Shown one piece after another: positions 51,061 to 61,868 of a stretch of DNA of 64,000 bases. The notes beneath the pieces were generated by a model. It worked only from the letters and a program-made list of their open reading frames with translations, was not told the DNA's origin and did not search any database. Position 1 is the stretch's first letter; the number at the start of each line of letters is the position of its first letter. A program made the position numbers and the translations under genes. This DNA comes from Bacteroidia bacterium (GTDB lineage Bacteria; Bacteroidota; Bacteroidia; AKYH767-A; OLB10), in assembly GCA_035340715.1 (NCBI GenBank), contig DAOQTX010000002.1, positions 1,537-65,536 on the forward strand, in the 5' to 3' direction.

Positions 51061-52089
51061 ATGAATAATTCAAAACTTTCTATACAAAATAAATTTACTT
51101 CACAAACGAATGCCGCTTTGCCAGTAATTATGGCTCCTATGTTTTTAGTTTCAAATCTTGCAATGATAAAGTCGGCTATGCAAAATGGCATTGTTGGTAC
51201 ATTTCCTACTTTAAATTTTCGAGAAGAAGGAGAATTGGATTCTGTTTTAAAGGAGCTGAATAATTTCAGTTCGCAAGGAACAAACATGCCGTCATATGGT
51301 GTTAATTTAATCGTACAGAAAACAAATCCTTTATACGAAAAGCATTTAAAAATTTGTATCCAATGTAAAGTGCCCTTTTTTATTACCTCATTGGGCAATC
51401 CAAAAGATGTGATAAAATTAGCACATGCGTATGGAGCAAAAGTGTATTGCGATGTAACCAATTTTGAACATGCACATAAAAGTGCATCCGCGGGTTGCGA
51501 TGGATTTATTGCGGTTGGTGCCGGTGCAGGCGGTCATGCAGGAAACATTCCGTTAAACGTGCTGGTGCCTGCCTTAAAGAAGAAGTATCCCGAAATGCCA
51601 GTTATGGCAGCTGGAGGAATAAGTACTGGCGAAGGAATTGCTTCAATGCTTATGTTGGGAGCCGATGGGGCTAGTATTGGAACAAGGTTTATTGCTTGCG
51701 ATGAAGCAAAAGTTAATGATCAATACAAAACTGCAATTATAAATGCAGGCATGGAGGACTTAATGCTGACCACACGATTGAGTGGGACTCCCTGTAATGT
51801 GATTAAAACAGAAGATGCACTTCGAATGGGAGCAGAGCAAAATTGGTTCGAACGATTGCTCAATAATAATCCTAAAACAAAAAAGTACTTCAAAATGCTG
51901 GTGCAATTTAAGGGAATGAAAAAGCTTGAAAAAGCTATCAAACCAGGCAACTATAAGAATTTATGGTCAGCAGGAATGTCGGTCGAGTTCATTGATAGTG
52001 AAATGTCTGTCGCAGAGATAGTTAAGCAACTCGACAAAGAATTGTATGAAACATTGAAAAAAAGTAATAATTTCATTGCTGCAGTGTAG
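51061..52089 (+). CDS. nitronate monooxygenase / FabK-like FMN oxidoreductase
   Basis: MAPMFLVSN and GAGAGGHAGN motifs of the NMO/2-nitropropane dioxygenase family. Confidence 0.65.
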   Translation: MNNSKLSIQNKFTSQTNAALPVIMAPMFLVSNLAMIKSAMQNGIVGTFPTLNFREEGELDSVLKELNNFSSQGTNMPSYGVNLIVQKTNPLYEKHLKICIQCKVPFFITSLGNPKDVIKLAHAYGAKVYCDVTNFEHAHKSASAGCDGFIAVGAGAGGHAGNIPLNVLVPALKKKYPEMPVMAAGGISTGEGIASMLMLGADGASIGTRFIACDEAKVNDQYKTAIINAGMEDLMLTTRLSGTPCNVIKTEDALRMGAEQNWFERLLNNNPKTKKYFKMLVQFKGMKKLEKAIKPGNYKNLWSAGMSVEFIDSEMSVAEIVKQLDKELYETLKKSNNFIAAV

Positions 52090-52129
52090 AACAATAATTA
52101 AAACTTAATTTAGAAAAAAAATTATCGAA

Positions 52130-53308
52130 ATGAAAAAGATCATCTTATCCGCTCTAATAATGTTATTTGGCATTAGTGTAATAGCAAGCGATATTAAATT
52201 TTTTAGTGGAACGCATAAGGACGCTTTAACCAAAGCGAATAAAGAGAAAAAGTTAATTTTTATTGATGCATATACAGAATGGTGTCACTGGTGCAAAGTG
52301 ATGGACAAAGAAGTGTTCAGTACCGATGAAGTCTCTGAATATTTGAATAAAAACTTTGTTCCCATGCGATGGGATATGGAAAAGGATTTTGGAATTACTT
52401 TGGCCATGAAATACAAAGTACGTTCTTATCCAAGTTTTATAGTTTTAAGAGGCGATGGGCAATTAGTGAGTTTAGTGAGTGGATATATGCCAAAAGATGA
52501 TTTTGTGAGTTGGCTTGAGTCTTGTATGCAAAACCAAGAAGCGAACCTTTATCCCGGTATTAGTCCTGTAGTGGACATAGCATATCCTGAATTTTACAAA
52601 AATTTATATTCTAATTCTAAAAAATCATCCGTAAAGATCGATCACAATGATGTGATGAATTACTTAAGTCAACAAGAAGATCTGACCAATGAAATAAATT
52701 GGGCTGTGCTATATTCCTTCAATGTTCCAAAGTATGATGATCAATTTTTAAATGCTTTTGCTACTTATAAGGAACTATATGGAAAATCAGAATGTGAGAA
52801 TAAAGTGATGAAAATTGTTTATCAGAAACTAAAGAAAGCCGCGGAAGAGAAGAATGATGATATGATGGCTGAATCTGTAATGATGATTGAGAAATACATT
52901 GAAGAAGATAAAGAGAAACTGATCATTGGATCGATGATTGATTATTATGGCAAAACCAATAAATGGAATGAATATGCTTCTAATGTTAATGCCATGGTTG
53001 AGTTGATGCGTGAAGATAAAATAGAAGAAGTTCAATCTAGGTTGAATTCATATTCCTGGAATGTTTATGAGAATTGTAATGATAGTGAAGTAATACATCA
53101 ATCGTTGGGTTGGATGTCGAAAGTAATAGAAGGTTCGAATGACTATTCGTATATCGATACGTATGCGGCATTATTATTCAAATCGGGGCAATATGGTGAA
53201 GCCGAGCAATATGCAAACAAAGCAATAGAGTTAGGCAAACAATCTGGAGAAGATGTTACTGAAACAGAAGAACTTTTGAAGAAGATAAAATCAGCAAACA
53301 ACCAATAA
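52130..53308 (+). CDS. thioredoxin-fold protein with C-terminal helical domain, secreted
   Basis: Signal peptide. WCHWCKVM thioredoxin-like motif. TPR-like C-terminus. Confidence 0.5.
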   Translation: MKKIILSALIMLFGISVIASDIKFFSGTHKDALTKANKEKKLIFIDAYTEWCHWCKVMDKEVFSTDEVSEYLNKNFVPMRWDMEKDFGITLAMKYKVRSYPSFIVLRGDGQLVSLVSGYMPKDDFVSWLESCMQNQEANLYPGISPVVDIAYPEFYKNLYSNSKKSSVKIDHNDVMNYLSQQEDLTNEINWAVLYSFNVPKYDDQFLNAFATYKELYGKSECENKVMKIVYQKLKKAAEEKNDDMMAESVMMIEKYIEEDKEKLIIGSMIDYYGKTNKWNEYASNVNAMVELMREDKIEEVQSRLNSYSWNVYENCNDSEVIHQSLGWMSKVIEGSNDYSYIDTYAALLFKSGQYGEAEQYANKAIELGKQSGEDVTETEELLKKIKSANNQ

Positions 53309-53320
53309 GCTTCACTTTTT

Positions 53321-53860
53321 ATGGATTCGAAATTGGATCAACTACGATTTCCTATCGGGAAATTTAATTATGATGAATCGTCAAATGCAAGCGATCTAAA
53401 GAGTTGGATCGAAATCATAAAGACTCTTCCTTCAAGATTAAAGTCGTCTGTTGCAAATCTGAATACAGATCAATTAAATACTCCCTATAGACCTGAGGGT
53501 TGGACAATAACTCAAGTGATACATCATTTGGCGGATAGCCACATCAACAGTTATATCAGGTTTAAGTTAGCTCTTACGGAAAACAATCCTACCATCAAAC
53601 CATACGAAGAAGCTGATTGGGCCAAATTACCCGACAGTAATTTATTGCCAATTGAAGTGAGCCTAAATCTATTGGAGGCATTACACACTAGATGGACTTT
53701 TATGTTAGATCGAATGACAGATGAAGACTTTTCCCGGACTTTTTTTCATCCTGAAACTAAAACCTCATTCGAATTAAAAAAGGTATGTGCATTGTATGCC
53801 TGGCATTGCGAGCATCACTTAGCGCATGTAACATCACTTATTCAACGTAAGAACTGGTAA
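53321..53860 (+). CDS. DinB/YfiT-family putative metal-dependent hydrolase or thiol transferase
   Basis: His triad HHLADSH...HCEHH across a four-helix-bundle-length protein. Confidence 0.5.
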   Translation: MDSKLDQLRFPIGKFNYDESSNASDLKSWIEIIKTLPSRLKSSVANLNTDQLNTPYRPEGWTITQVIHHLADSHINSYIRFKLALTENNPTIKPYEEADWAKLPDSNLLPIEVSLNLLEALHTRWTFMLDRMTDEDFSRTFFHPETKTSFELKKVCALYAWHCEHHLAHVTSLIQRKNW

Positions 53861-53864
53861 TAAC

Positions 53865-56006
53865 ATGAAATCTATAAACCTCACTTTTTCATTATTAGCG
53901 ATTCTATTGAGTGCTAATGTGAACACAGGATTTTCACAATCAAAATCAAACAAGAAAAACAAAATGGATAAAGCGCCTATAGCTGAGATTATTCCCGAAA
54001 CTCTTCAAGTACATAATCACACTCGTATTGATAATTATTATTGGCTAAATAATAGAGAAGATAAAAAAGTAATACAATATTTAGAACAAGAGAATGCTTA
54101 TACAAAGAAGCAACTCAATTCGGTAAAGGATTTAGAAGATAAATTGTTTGCAGAGATTACAGGAAGAATTAAACAAGATGATAATTCGGTTCCCTTTAAG
54201 CGAAATGGCTATTACTATTACACACGATATGAAGAGAAAAAAGAATATCCTATTTATTGTAGAAAAAAGGGAGACTTAAATGCATCAGAAGAAGTGATTT
54301 TGGATGTTAACAGTATAGCACAAAACAAAGACTTCTGTAACATTCCTGGACTAAGTATTAGTCCAAATGGGCGCTATATGGCCTATGCCTTGGACAGTGT
54401 AGGCCGAAACTTATTTACAGTTAATATATTTGATCTTAGTACTGGTACACAATTAACAGATCAATTTCCGAGCTCATGGGGTAATATCATATGGGCAAAC
54501 AACAATTCGACTTTATACTATGATGTAAAAGATGAATCGTTGCGATCATTCAAAGTATATCGACATCATTTGGGTTCCGATTCAAAGAATGATCAACTTA
54601 TATTTGAAGAAAAAGATGAAACCTTTAGTGTAAGTATTGGCAAAACCAAGAGCGACAAATTTATTGTCATTTCTTCGGGGAGTACACTCACTTCAGAATA
54701 TCGGTATGCCGATGCCGATGATGCGAACGCTGACTTTAAGATATTTCAGGTGAGAGAACGTGGTCATGAATACAGCATTGATCATTTAGGCGATCATTTT
54801 TATATTCTCACCAATGATCGGGCAAAAAATTTCCGATTGATGAAATGCTATCAGACGGATACCGATAAGCATTTTTGGAAAGAAGTGATAGCACATCGGG
54901 AGGATGTTCTATTGGAAGGTATGGAGTTGTTCGATTCGTTTTTAGTGGTAGAAGAAAGAAAAGATGGATTGAATCAGATACGGATCACTGACCAAACCGA
55001 AAACGAAGATCACTACCTTGAATTTCCGGATGCAGCATACAGCGCTTATCTAAGTTCTAATTACGAATCGGATAGCCAGGTACTTCGCTTTGCTTATGTT
55101 TCGTTAAACACACCACCATCTGTGATCGATTATCACATGATCAATAAGACAAGAACTGTTATGAAGGAAACTGAAGTAGTTGGCACCTATAATAAGGATG
55201 ACTATGAAACGGAGAGGTTATATATAACAGTAAGAGATGGTGTAAAAGTTCCCGTTTCATTAATCTATAAAAAGGGGACTGCATTAAATGGAACTGCACC
55301 TATGTTGGTTTATGGATATGGTTCATATGGACACAGTCTTGATCCCGGATTTAGCTACTCGAGAGTTAGTTTGCTCGATCGAGGATTTGTTTATGCAATC
55401 CTTCATGTCAGAGGTGGAGAAGAAATGGGAAGATTTTGGTACGAAGATGGAAAACTCCTTAAAAAGAAAAATACATTCTACGATTTTATTGATTGTACAA
55501 AGTACTTGCAGAGTCAGAAATATTCTTCACCCCAAAAAACATTTGCCATGGGTGGATCAGCAGGTGGTCTATTGATGGGAGCTGTTATGAATATGGCTCC
55601 CGAACTCTATCATGGAGTTATAGCTGCTGTGCCTTTCGTAGATGTGGTTACAACCATGTTGGATGAAAGTATACCATTGACTACAGGAGAATTTGACGAA
55701 TGGGGTAATCCTAAAGACCAAGAGTATTATAATTATATTTTATCCTACTCTCCCTATGACAATGTAGAGCGGAAAGCTTATCCTAACGTTTTAGTTACTA
55801 CCGGATTGCATGATAGCCAAGTTCAGTATTGGGAGCCAGCTAAATGGGTTGCTAAACTTAGAACTCATAAAACCGATTCTAATCTACTGCTTATGCATAC
55901 CAATATGGAAGCAGGACATGCAGGGGCAAGTGGAAGATTTACAGCATACAAGGAGATTGCGATGGAGTATGCTTTTATGTTGATGCTGGCCGACATCAAA
56001 TTCTAA
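53865..56006 (+). CDS. S9A-family serine peptidase (oligopeptidase B / prolyl oligopeptidase-like)
   Basis: Signal peptide. Beta-propeller region. Catalytic GGSAGG, with a downstream Asp and an His (EAGHAG). Confidence 0.8.
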   Translation: MKSINLTFSLLAILLSANVNTGFSQSKSNKKNKMDKAPIAEIIPETLQVHNHTRIDNYYWLNNREDKKVIQYLEQENAYTKKQLNSVKDLEDKLFAEITGRIKQDDNSVPFKRNGYYYYTRYEEKKEYPIYCRKKGDLNASEEVILDVNSIAQNKDFCNIPGLSISPNGRYMAYALDSVGRNLFTVNIFDLSTGTQLTDQFPSSWGNIIWANNNSTLYYDVKDESLRSFKVYRHHLGSDSKNDQLIFEEKDETFSVSIGKTKSDKFIVISSGSTLTSEYRYADADDANADFKIFQVRERGHEYSIDHLGDHFYILTNDRAKNFRLMKCYQTDTDKHFWKEVIAHREDVLLEGMELFDSFLVVEERKDGLNQIRITDQTENEDHYLEFPDAAYSAYLSSNYESDSQVLRFAYVSLNTPPSVIDYHMINKTRTVMKETEVVGTYNKDDYETERLYITVRDGVKVPVSLIYKKGTALNGTAPMLVYGYGSYGHSLDPGFSYSRVSLLDRGFVYAILHVRGGEEMGRFWYEDGKLLKKKNTFYDFIDCTKYLQSQKYSSPQKTFAMGGSAGGLLMGAVMNMAPELYHGVIAAVPFVDVVTTMLDESIPLTTGEFDEWGNPKDQEYYNYILSYSPYDNVERKAYPNVLVTTGLHDSQVQYWEPAKWVAKLRTHKTDSNLLLMHTNMEAGHAGASGRFTAYKEIAMEYAFMLMLADIKF

Positions 56007-56042
56007 TTTGTATATTTATCTTTCAACCTAAACAAAATACCA

Positions 56043-57044
56043 ATGAAAATTATTAAAAGGATTTTAATCGGATTGGTCATCGTTATAGTGGCTTTGTTAG
56101 CGATTGGCTTTTTTCTTCCACAACAAGTTCATGTCGAAAGAAGTATAGACATTAATGCCCCGTCTTCGCTTGCTTTTGCTCAAGTGAATAACCTTACGAA
56201 TTGGGTTAATTGGTCACCTTGGGATAAGAGGGATTCATTAATGGTAAAAACGTTTTCAGGACCTGAAGCAGGAATTGGTGCTACCTATGCTTGGAGTAGT
56301 GAGCATTCAGAAGTAGGTAAAGGCAGCATGACGATTAGTGAAAGTGTAGAGAATGAGAAAGTGGTTACCGAATTAGATTTTATGGAAAATGGAAAAGCTA
56401 CAGGTGGATTTTTATTTGCTGAAAGTAATGGTGTTACAAAAGTTACTTGGTACTTTGACACCGATTTAGGGATGAATCCAATTGCTCGTTATTTTGGATT
56501 GATGATGGATAAATTTGTTGGTCCTGATTTTGAAAGTGGCCTTGCTGCTTTGAAACAACAATGTGAGAACAATCAAGATGGTGCATACACAATTGAAAAG
56601 CTTACAACTCCTGAAATGGAATTGCTTTCAATGAAAATTACTTGCACCGGAGCTGAAATTTCTCAAAAGTTAGGGGAGTGTTATGGGCAAATTATGGCAT
56701 ATGTAACCGCAAAAAAAGTTAACATGGCCGGTATGCCTATGGCTTTCTATTATTACTATTCTGAAGATAGTATTGTAATGGAGCCAGCAATACCTATTGC
56801 GATCAAAACAGAAGGTTCGGGAAATATATTGAGTACAACTATGCCATCGATGAATAATGTGTTGAAATTGAATTTCTATGGTGATTATCATCAATTGGGA
56901 TTAGCGCATGAAGCAATGGATAAATACATGGCAGAGAATAATCTAGTCCAAGGAGATAAAGTTTGGGAGATTTATGCTACTGATCCCGGTCAAGAGCCCG
57001 ACACCAGTAAATGGTTGACAGAAGTTTATTACTTAACGCAATAA
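56043..57044 (+). CDS. membrane-anchored SRPBCC-like / GyrI-like ligand-binding protein
   Basis: N-terminal transmembrane helix, then two START/GyrI-like halves. Confidence 0.4.
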   Translation: MKIIKRILIGLVIVIVALLAIGFFLPQQVHVERSIDINAPSSLAFAQVNNLTNWVNWSPWDKRDSLMVKTFSGPEAGIGATYAWSSEHSEVGKGSMTISESVENEKVVTELDFMENGKATGGFLFAESNGVTKVTWYFDTDLGMNPIARYFGLMMDKFVGPDFESGLAALKQQCENNQDGAYTIEKLTTPEMELLSMKITCTGAEISQKLGECYGQIMAYVTAKKVNMAGMPMAFYYYYSEDSIVMEPAIPIAIKTEGSGNILSTTMPSMNNVLKLNFYGDYHQLGLAHEAMDKYMAENNLVQGDKVWEIYATDPGQEPDTSKWLTEVYYLTQ

Positions 57045-57177
57045 AACAAAAACATAATTTATAAAATGCGGTTGTAGAAATTTACGACCGCTTTTTTTTA
57101 TATTCTTACTTTTAATTCACCGCATTCTTTTCAACTATTAACCAATCGCTTAAAATCAAATTTGTATTTTTAGAAAC

Positions 57178-57741
57178 ATGGCAAGAGTAACATTAAAACA
57201 TCAAACATTAAGCAAATCGAATTGGAAAGACTTCACGCAATTATTTGGCCCCAATGGGGCCTGTGGAAATTGTTGGTGTACCTATTGGCGAGTTCCGAAA
57301 ATGGTTCATGAAGCAGGGAAGAGTGGAGGTAATAAAAGATATATGCAGAGTTTGACTACACAAGAGAAACAAGTTGGACTATTATTTTATGCAGATGATA
57401 AACCAATTGCTTGGTGTAGCATAGCTCCACGTGAAGAGTTTTCTCAATTAAAAAGAAGTAAATTATTTAAAGCAATTGATGATAAAAAAGTATGGAGTAT
57501 TACCTGCTTGTTTATGCATAAGGACATCAGGAAAAAGAATATGAGTACTCGTATTATACGGGCTGCGGCTTCGTATGCTTTAAAGAAAGGAGCAGAAGCG
57601 GTAGAGTCTTATCCGGTGAATCCAAAGGATAAAACAGCTGATGTTTTTTTGTGGACAGGTATTCAATCAACCTATGAAAAAGCAGGGTTTGAAATCGTTA
57701 AGCAAGTTTCTGAAACAAGGAGTATTATGCGCAAGGCATGA
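57178..57741 (+). CDS. GNAT-family N-acetyltransferase
   Basis: 187 aa. Acetyl-CoA-binding-like stretch RIIRAAASYALKKGA. Confidence 0.5.
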   Translation: MARVTLKHQTLSKSNWKDFTQLFGPNGACGNCWCTYWRVPKMVHEAGKSGGNKRYMQSLTTQEKQVGLLFYADDKPIAWCSIAPREEFSQLKRSKLFKAIDDKKVWSITCLFMHKDIRKKNMSTRIIRAAASYALKKGAEAVESYPVNPKDKTADVFLWTGIQSTYEKAGFEIVKQVSETRSIMRKA

Positions 57742-57743
57742 AT

Positions 57744-57780
57744 AAAAAAAGCCGAATCAATTATGACTCGGCTTTTTAAT
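57744..57780. terminator. rho-independent terminator between convergent genes
   Basis: AAAAAGCCGAATC...GACTCGGCTTTTT, an imperfect hairpin flanked by an A-run and a T-run. Confidence 0.55.
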
Positions 57781-57796
57781 TAGTTTGGTTTATCAA

Positions 57797-58204
57797 TTAG
57801 TGAGTAATCATAGGTTCTAAGGTAGACGCATGAGTAACCCAATCCTCAACTGTTTTCTCAGATGGCAATGAGCGCACTAATTTCTTTGTTGTGTTTACTT
57901 CGGTCATTTTAGCAGCAAGATTCGTAGCATTACGATTGCGTAATTCCTTTACCGTATCAACACCGGCAGCCTCAAGTAGTTCTGCATACTCTTGACCCAC
58001 TCCTTTGATACGAAATAAATCGGCCATGTTAACCCACTTTAAGATTCTTGATTCATCAAGCCCTGTAGTTTCTGCCAATTGCTTGCGGCCTTCTTTACTG
58101 GCACCTTTTTTTAGCAAAGATTCTACTGTGGTTACATCAGCCTTTTCAAACTTTTCACTTAATGCTGGTCCAATACCTTCGATTTCTGAAATTTTCTTAC
58201 TCAT
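57797..58204 (-). CDS. DUF4332-like helix-hairpin-helix protein
   Basis: Two HhH-like units (IEGIGPALSEKF and IKGVGQEYAELLEAAGV). Confidence 0.45.
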   Translation of the reverse strand: MSKKISEIEGIGPALSEKFEKADVTTVESLLKKGASKEGRKQLAETTGLDESRILKWVNMADLFRIKGVGQEYAELLEAAGVDTVKELRNRNATNLAAKMTEVNTTKKLVRSLPSEKTVEDWVTHASTLEPMITH

Positions 58205-58306
58205 TTTTATTTTTTGTTAATTATTTTGTAATGAGTTAGAATATACAAAAATTCTTCAATAATTGAAAAGCGAGAATAGTTTTTCAATAAAAATTCATAA
58301 AAGAGT

Positions 58307-58762
58307 TTATACCAAATTGAATTGAGTGAAATGATGTGTAAAATGTTTCTCTTGAACTCTAAGCCACCCTTCGGCTGTGAGCATTCCAAATACCGGATGT
58401 AAAGTTTTTATATCAGGGTTGCGATTAAAAAAATCAACCGATTCTAATAATTGTGCTTTCAACATTTCTTTAGCTTCATCGAGTGATGAATATTGATGAC
58501 TGAATCCGGTTTCGGGAACAAATGGGGCTTTGTAATAGCGTGGCATTGGTAAATCGCTAAATAAAAACTGCTGAGCTCTTTCAATTTTGTCTTCCGGTGT
58601 GTGTTGTGTAGCAGAATGTTTATTCATGCTAACTTCTATGACCAATGTTAGATGTTCAATCATTTGTTGTGCATCCATAGTTCCCCATTCGGGTTTTGAT
58701 TGTTCTGTTAATTTAGATAATATATTAGTTAAGTTTTCTTCAGAATAGGGGTTAAGAAACAT
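58307..58762 (-). CDS. DUF1569-like protein
   Basis: HPVFGMLTAEGW...HFTHHFTQF C-terminal signature. Confidence 0.45.
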   Translation of the reverse strand: MFLNPYSEENLTNILSKLTEQSKPEWGTMDAQQMIEHLTLVIEVSMNKHSATQHTPEDKIERAQQFLFSDLPMPRYYKAPFVPETGFSHQYSSLDEAKEMLKAQLLESVDFFNRNPDIKTLHPVFGMLTAEGWLRVQEKHFTHHFTQFNLV

Positions 58763-58786
58763 ATCGTTTTAATTTGAATAATTATA

Positions 58787-60043
58787 TTAAACAGCACTCA
58801 GCTCAAAAGCATTGTCATTTATTTTTACAATGTTTCTGCTTAAGTCTTCAATACTTTCACGTTTGCGAATAAGATGGGCCTTACCATTCATAATCATTAC
58901 CTCGGCTGGTCTAAGTCGTGCATTGTAATTGTTGCTCATACTAAATCCATAAGCTCCTGCATTTCGGATGCAAAGTATATGACCTTCATTGATCTCATGT
59001 AGTTTTCGATCCCAACCAAGTGTATCGGTTTCGCATATATATCCTACAATTGTATAAATACGTTGTCGGCCATTGGTATTACTCAAATTTATTATATCGT
59101 GATAGGCATCATAAAACATTGGACGTATCAAATGATTTTGACCGCTGTTTACACCAGCGAAAACCGTGGCTGTAGTCTGTTTTATTACATTCACTTTTAC
59201 CAGTAAAACACCTGCTTCTGATACTAAAAATTTACCAGGCTCAAACCAAAGTTCGAGTGATCTTCCATATTCTTTACAGAATTCATTGAATCGATTGCAT
59301 AAGGAAATGCCTAAATCTTCTATGTCGGTATAAACATCATCATCTTTATATTGTACTTTAAATCCAGAGCCAAAGTCAATAAATTGTAAATCTGGAAAAT
59401 CGGCAGCAGCTTCAAAAAGTATTTCAGCTCCTCTGATAAAAACATCAGAATCAAGAATTTCACTTCCGGTATGCATATGCAAACCATTGACCAATATTCC
59501 TTCCGATTTTATAACTCGTAGAACATGTCTTAGTTGGTATATAGAAATGCCAAACTTAGAATCAATATGACCCGTTTGAATATGACTATGGCCTCCTGCT
59601 ACAATATGAGGATTGATACGTATGCAACAGGGAACGCTATTGCCATATTCGTGTCCAAACTGTTCCAGAATACTGATGTTATCGATATTTATTTGAAGGC
59701 CTAGTTTAACTCCTTGCTTTATTTCTTCAAATGAAACGCAATTGGGTGTAAACAATATTTCGCTGGGTTGAAACCCTGCTTGCAAACCCAAATGCGCCTC
59801 TTCTATAGAAACGACATCCAGTCCTGCGCCTAGTTTGTGTAATAATTGCAAAATATTCAGGTTGTTTAGTGCTTTGCATGCATATTTTATTTTTACCGGA
59901 CTTTTATCAAATGCTTTCAATAGCCTTTGATATTGATTCGTAATTTTCTCTGCATCATATACATAAAGAGGTGTTCCAAATTCTTCGGCTACTTTTAAAA
60001 GATTTAGTCCTTGTATCTGATATTGATTGTTGCTCAGTTCCAT
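58787..60043 (-). CDS. lysA: diaminopimelate decarboxylase
   Basis: Fold III PLP decarboxylase. 418 aa. PLP-binding Lys in the YACKAL-like segment and GGG loop. Confidence 0.75.
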   Translation of the reverse strand: MELSNNQYQIQGLNLLKVAEEFGTPLYVYDAEKITNQYQRLLKAFDKSPVKIKYACKALNNLNILQLLHKLGAGLDVVSIEEAHLGLQAGFQPSEILFTPNCVSFEEIKQGVKLGLQINIDNISILEQFGHEYGNSVPCCIRINPHIVAGGHSHIQTGHIDSKFGISIYQLRHVLRVIKSEGILVNGLHMHTGSEILDSDVFIRGAEILFEAAADFPDLQFIDFGSGFKVQYKDDDVYTDIEDLGISLCNRFNEFCKEYGRSLELWFEPGKFLVSEAGVLLVKVNVIKQTTATVFAGVNSGQNHLIRPMFYDAYHDIINLSNTNGRQRIYTIVGYICETDTLGWDRKLHEINEGHILCIRNAGAYGFSMSNNYNARLRPAEVMIMNGKAHLIRKRESIEDLSRNIVKINDNAFELSAV

Positions 60044-60072
60044 TTTCTATTATTTTATCTGTAAAGATATTT

Positions 60073-61824
60073 TTATTCATCCAATAAACCCATAAAACGA
60101 TAAACCGGATATCGCTTGAAGCCCTTTTCGAAATAAGGGGAATTTTGATAGACATAATACAAGCGCATAAAAGGATTGCTCTTAAAACTGGAGTCATTCT
60201 CAAGTTTAATGGTGAAGGATTTTTTAAGTTCAGGATTTTGTTCCAACAATTCTGCAGCAATATCTTCAAAAACATAATCGCTGTACCATTCCTTCTGCTG
60301 CAATATTGCGTCAAAAAATCCCCAGTTGAAATAAGAATCTGTCGCTCTTGGTTCCAACACTTCGCAAACAAAGCGGTCGTGGTTTTGTCCCATTGGTATG
60401 ATGTAATCACCCTTTCTAAATAATATTCTTTGATTGCTTGAAGTGGTAATAGTATTGTAATGAAGGTAATGACCTTCGAAAGGGTTTTCCGTAGTTTTAA
60501 AATCTTTTATATGATATACTTCCACAACCATGCTACTGTCATTCGATAATCGAAACATAGGTACTTGATTATATTTTAAGCGATCTATAATACTTCTCCA
60601 TGCTTGTGGTATGATATAGAAGATGGGCTTTGAAACAGAATCAATAGCAGTGCAATAAGGGAAATACTTTATTTTCTTATTGTAAGGTTTGCTGCGATCA
60701 TAGTAGAGTCGATCTTTACCGCTAATGGTACTCGGTTTGTAAGATGCGGTATATCCAGCAAAGTCGATTGGAGTGCTTCTTGTTACATCTACCTTCCAAG
60801 CTATCGGAATCCAATTTGTCATTTTATATAGTTCAAAGCTTTGCTCTCTGTTTGTAAGAATTTCCGTTCTGTATTGAACACACATTTCACTGATTGCCTG
60901 AATTATATTTAATGTTGATTCAACTCTCTGTGGGAATGGTTTTAGCATATGTGCTTCAGTTACAAATCCTACGCTATGATAGAGAGCGGTATATCCTGTT
61001 GCGTATCGTGGAGTTTCAATAAATGCATACAATCCACTATCGGGAGGGTATGACCATTTTTCAGTATTGATATAAGGAACAATAGGATCATTTTTGCTCT
61101 TCATCCATACATAAACAAAGGGCTCCAGTTTGTTGCGCAATAGGGGAGAAAGTTCGGGTGCCATTTTATCGCTCTGCGAAGTAATCAAGGTCATGTTATA
61201 CGTATAGTCGGCTCCATTACTCACATGGGTATCAATAAAAACATCGGGATTCCATTGCTGAAAAATGGATACAAATGTTTTAGCATTTTCGGAATCCATT
61301 TTTATAAAGTCTCTGTTTAAATCAAGGTACTGATCGTTTGCCCTGAATCCGTATTCCTCAGGTCCATTTTGGTTTACACGAGAACAGCATGACCTGTTGA
61401 CAGATCCATCAACATTAAAAACAGGAACGATGCAAAAGGTGATGTGTTCAAGTAGATGTGCATATTTCTTTTGCGTTAATAGTTCTTTGGTAAAGATCAT
61501 TGAGGCGTCAATGCCATCGGGTTCTCCGGGATGTATGCCATTATTAATCAGCAAAACAATTTTTCCTCTTGATTTACTTTTTGCAGCAGAAAATTCTTTA
61601 TGAGCATCAATAACAAATAAGCCAATCAATGAGCCATTGCTGCTTATTCCGGCATCAATAAATTTGGTGCTTGAATATTTTTCAGAGAGACCCTGATAGT
61701 AATCCATGCTTTCCTCATAAGTAGCACTTTTATTTTGTAAGTGCATGTGCTCATTGAATTGAGCAAAAGCTTTAAGATTTAAAAATAGGATGGATAAGAA
61801 AAATGTAAAACGGATAAGTGCCAT
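60073..61824 (-). CDS. M14-family zinc carboxypeptidase, secreted
   Basis: Signal peptide. HPGEPDG (HxxE) and a downstream DTHVSNG histidine. Confidence 0.6.
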   Translation of the reverse strand: MALIRFTFFLSILFLNLKAFAQFNEHMHLQNKSATYEESMDYYQGLSEKYSSTKFIDAGISSNGSLIGLFVIDAHKEFSAAKSKSRGKIVLLINNGIHPGEPDGIDASMIFTKELLTQKKYAHLLEHITFCIVPVFNVDGSVNRSCCSRVNQNGPEEYGFRANDQYLDLNRDFIKMDSENAKTFVSIFQQWNPDVFIDTHVSNGADYTYNMTLITSQSDKMAPELSPLLRNKLEPFVYVWMKSKNDPIVPYINTEKWSYPPDSGLYAFIETPRYATGYTALYHSVGFVTEAHMLKPFPQRVESTLNIIQAISEMCVQYRTEILTNREQSFELYKMTNWIPIAWKVDVTRSTPIDFAGYTASYKPSTISGKDRLYYDRSKPYNKKIKYFPYCTAIDSVSKPIFYIIPQAWRSIIDRLKYNQVPMFRLSNDSSMVVEVYHIKDFKTTENPFEGHYLHYNTITTSSNQRILFRKGDYIIPMGQNHDRFVCEVLEPRATDSYFNWGFFDAILQQKEWYSDYVFEDIAAELLEQNPELKKSFTIKLENDSSFKSNPFMRLYYVYQNSPYFEKGFKRYPVYRFMGLLDE

Positions 61825-61868
61825 AAGAATTTAGTAATGGCACAAGGTACAAAAAGAAGGCTGACTAC

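Noticed and set aside
51057-51461. 134-aa minus-strand ORF overlapping the NMO/FabK-like gene
   Set aside because: It is fully antisense to a well-supported CDS with clear family motifs, and it has no recognisable features.
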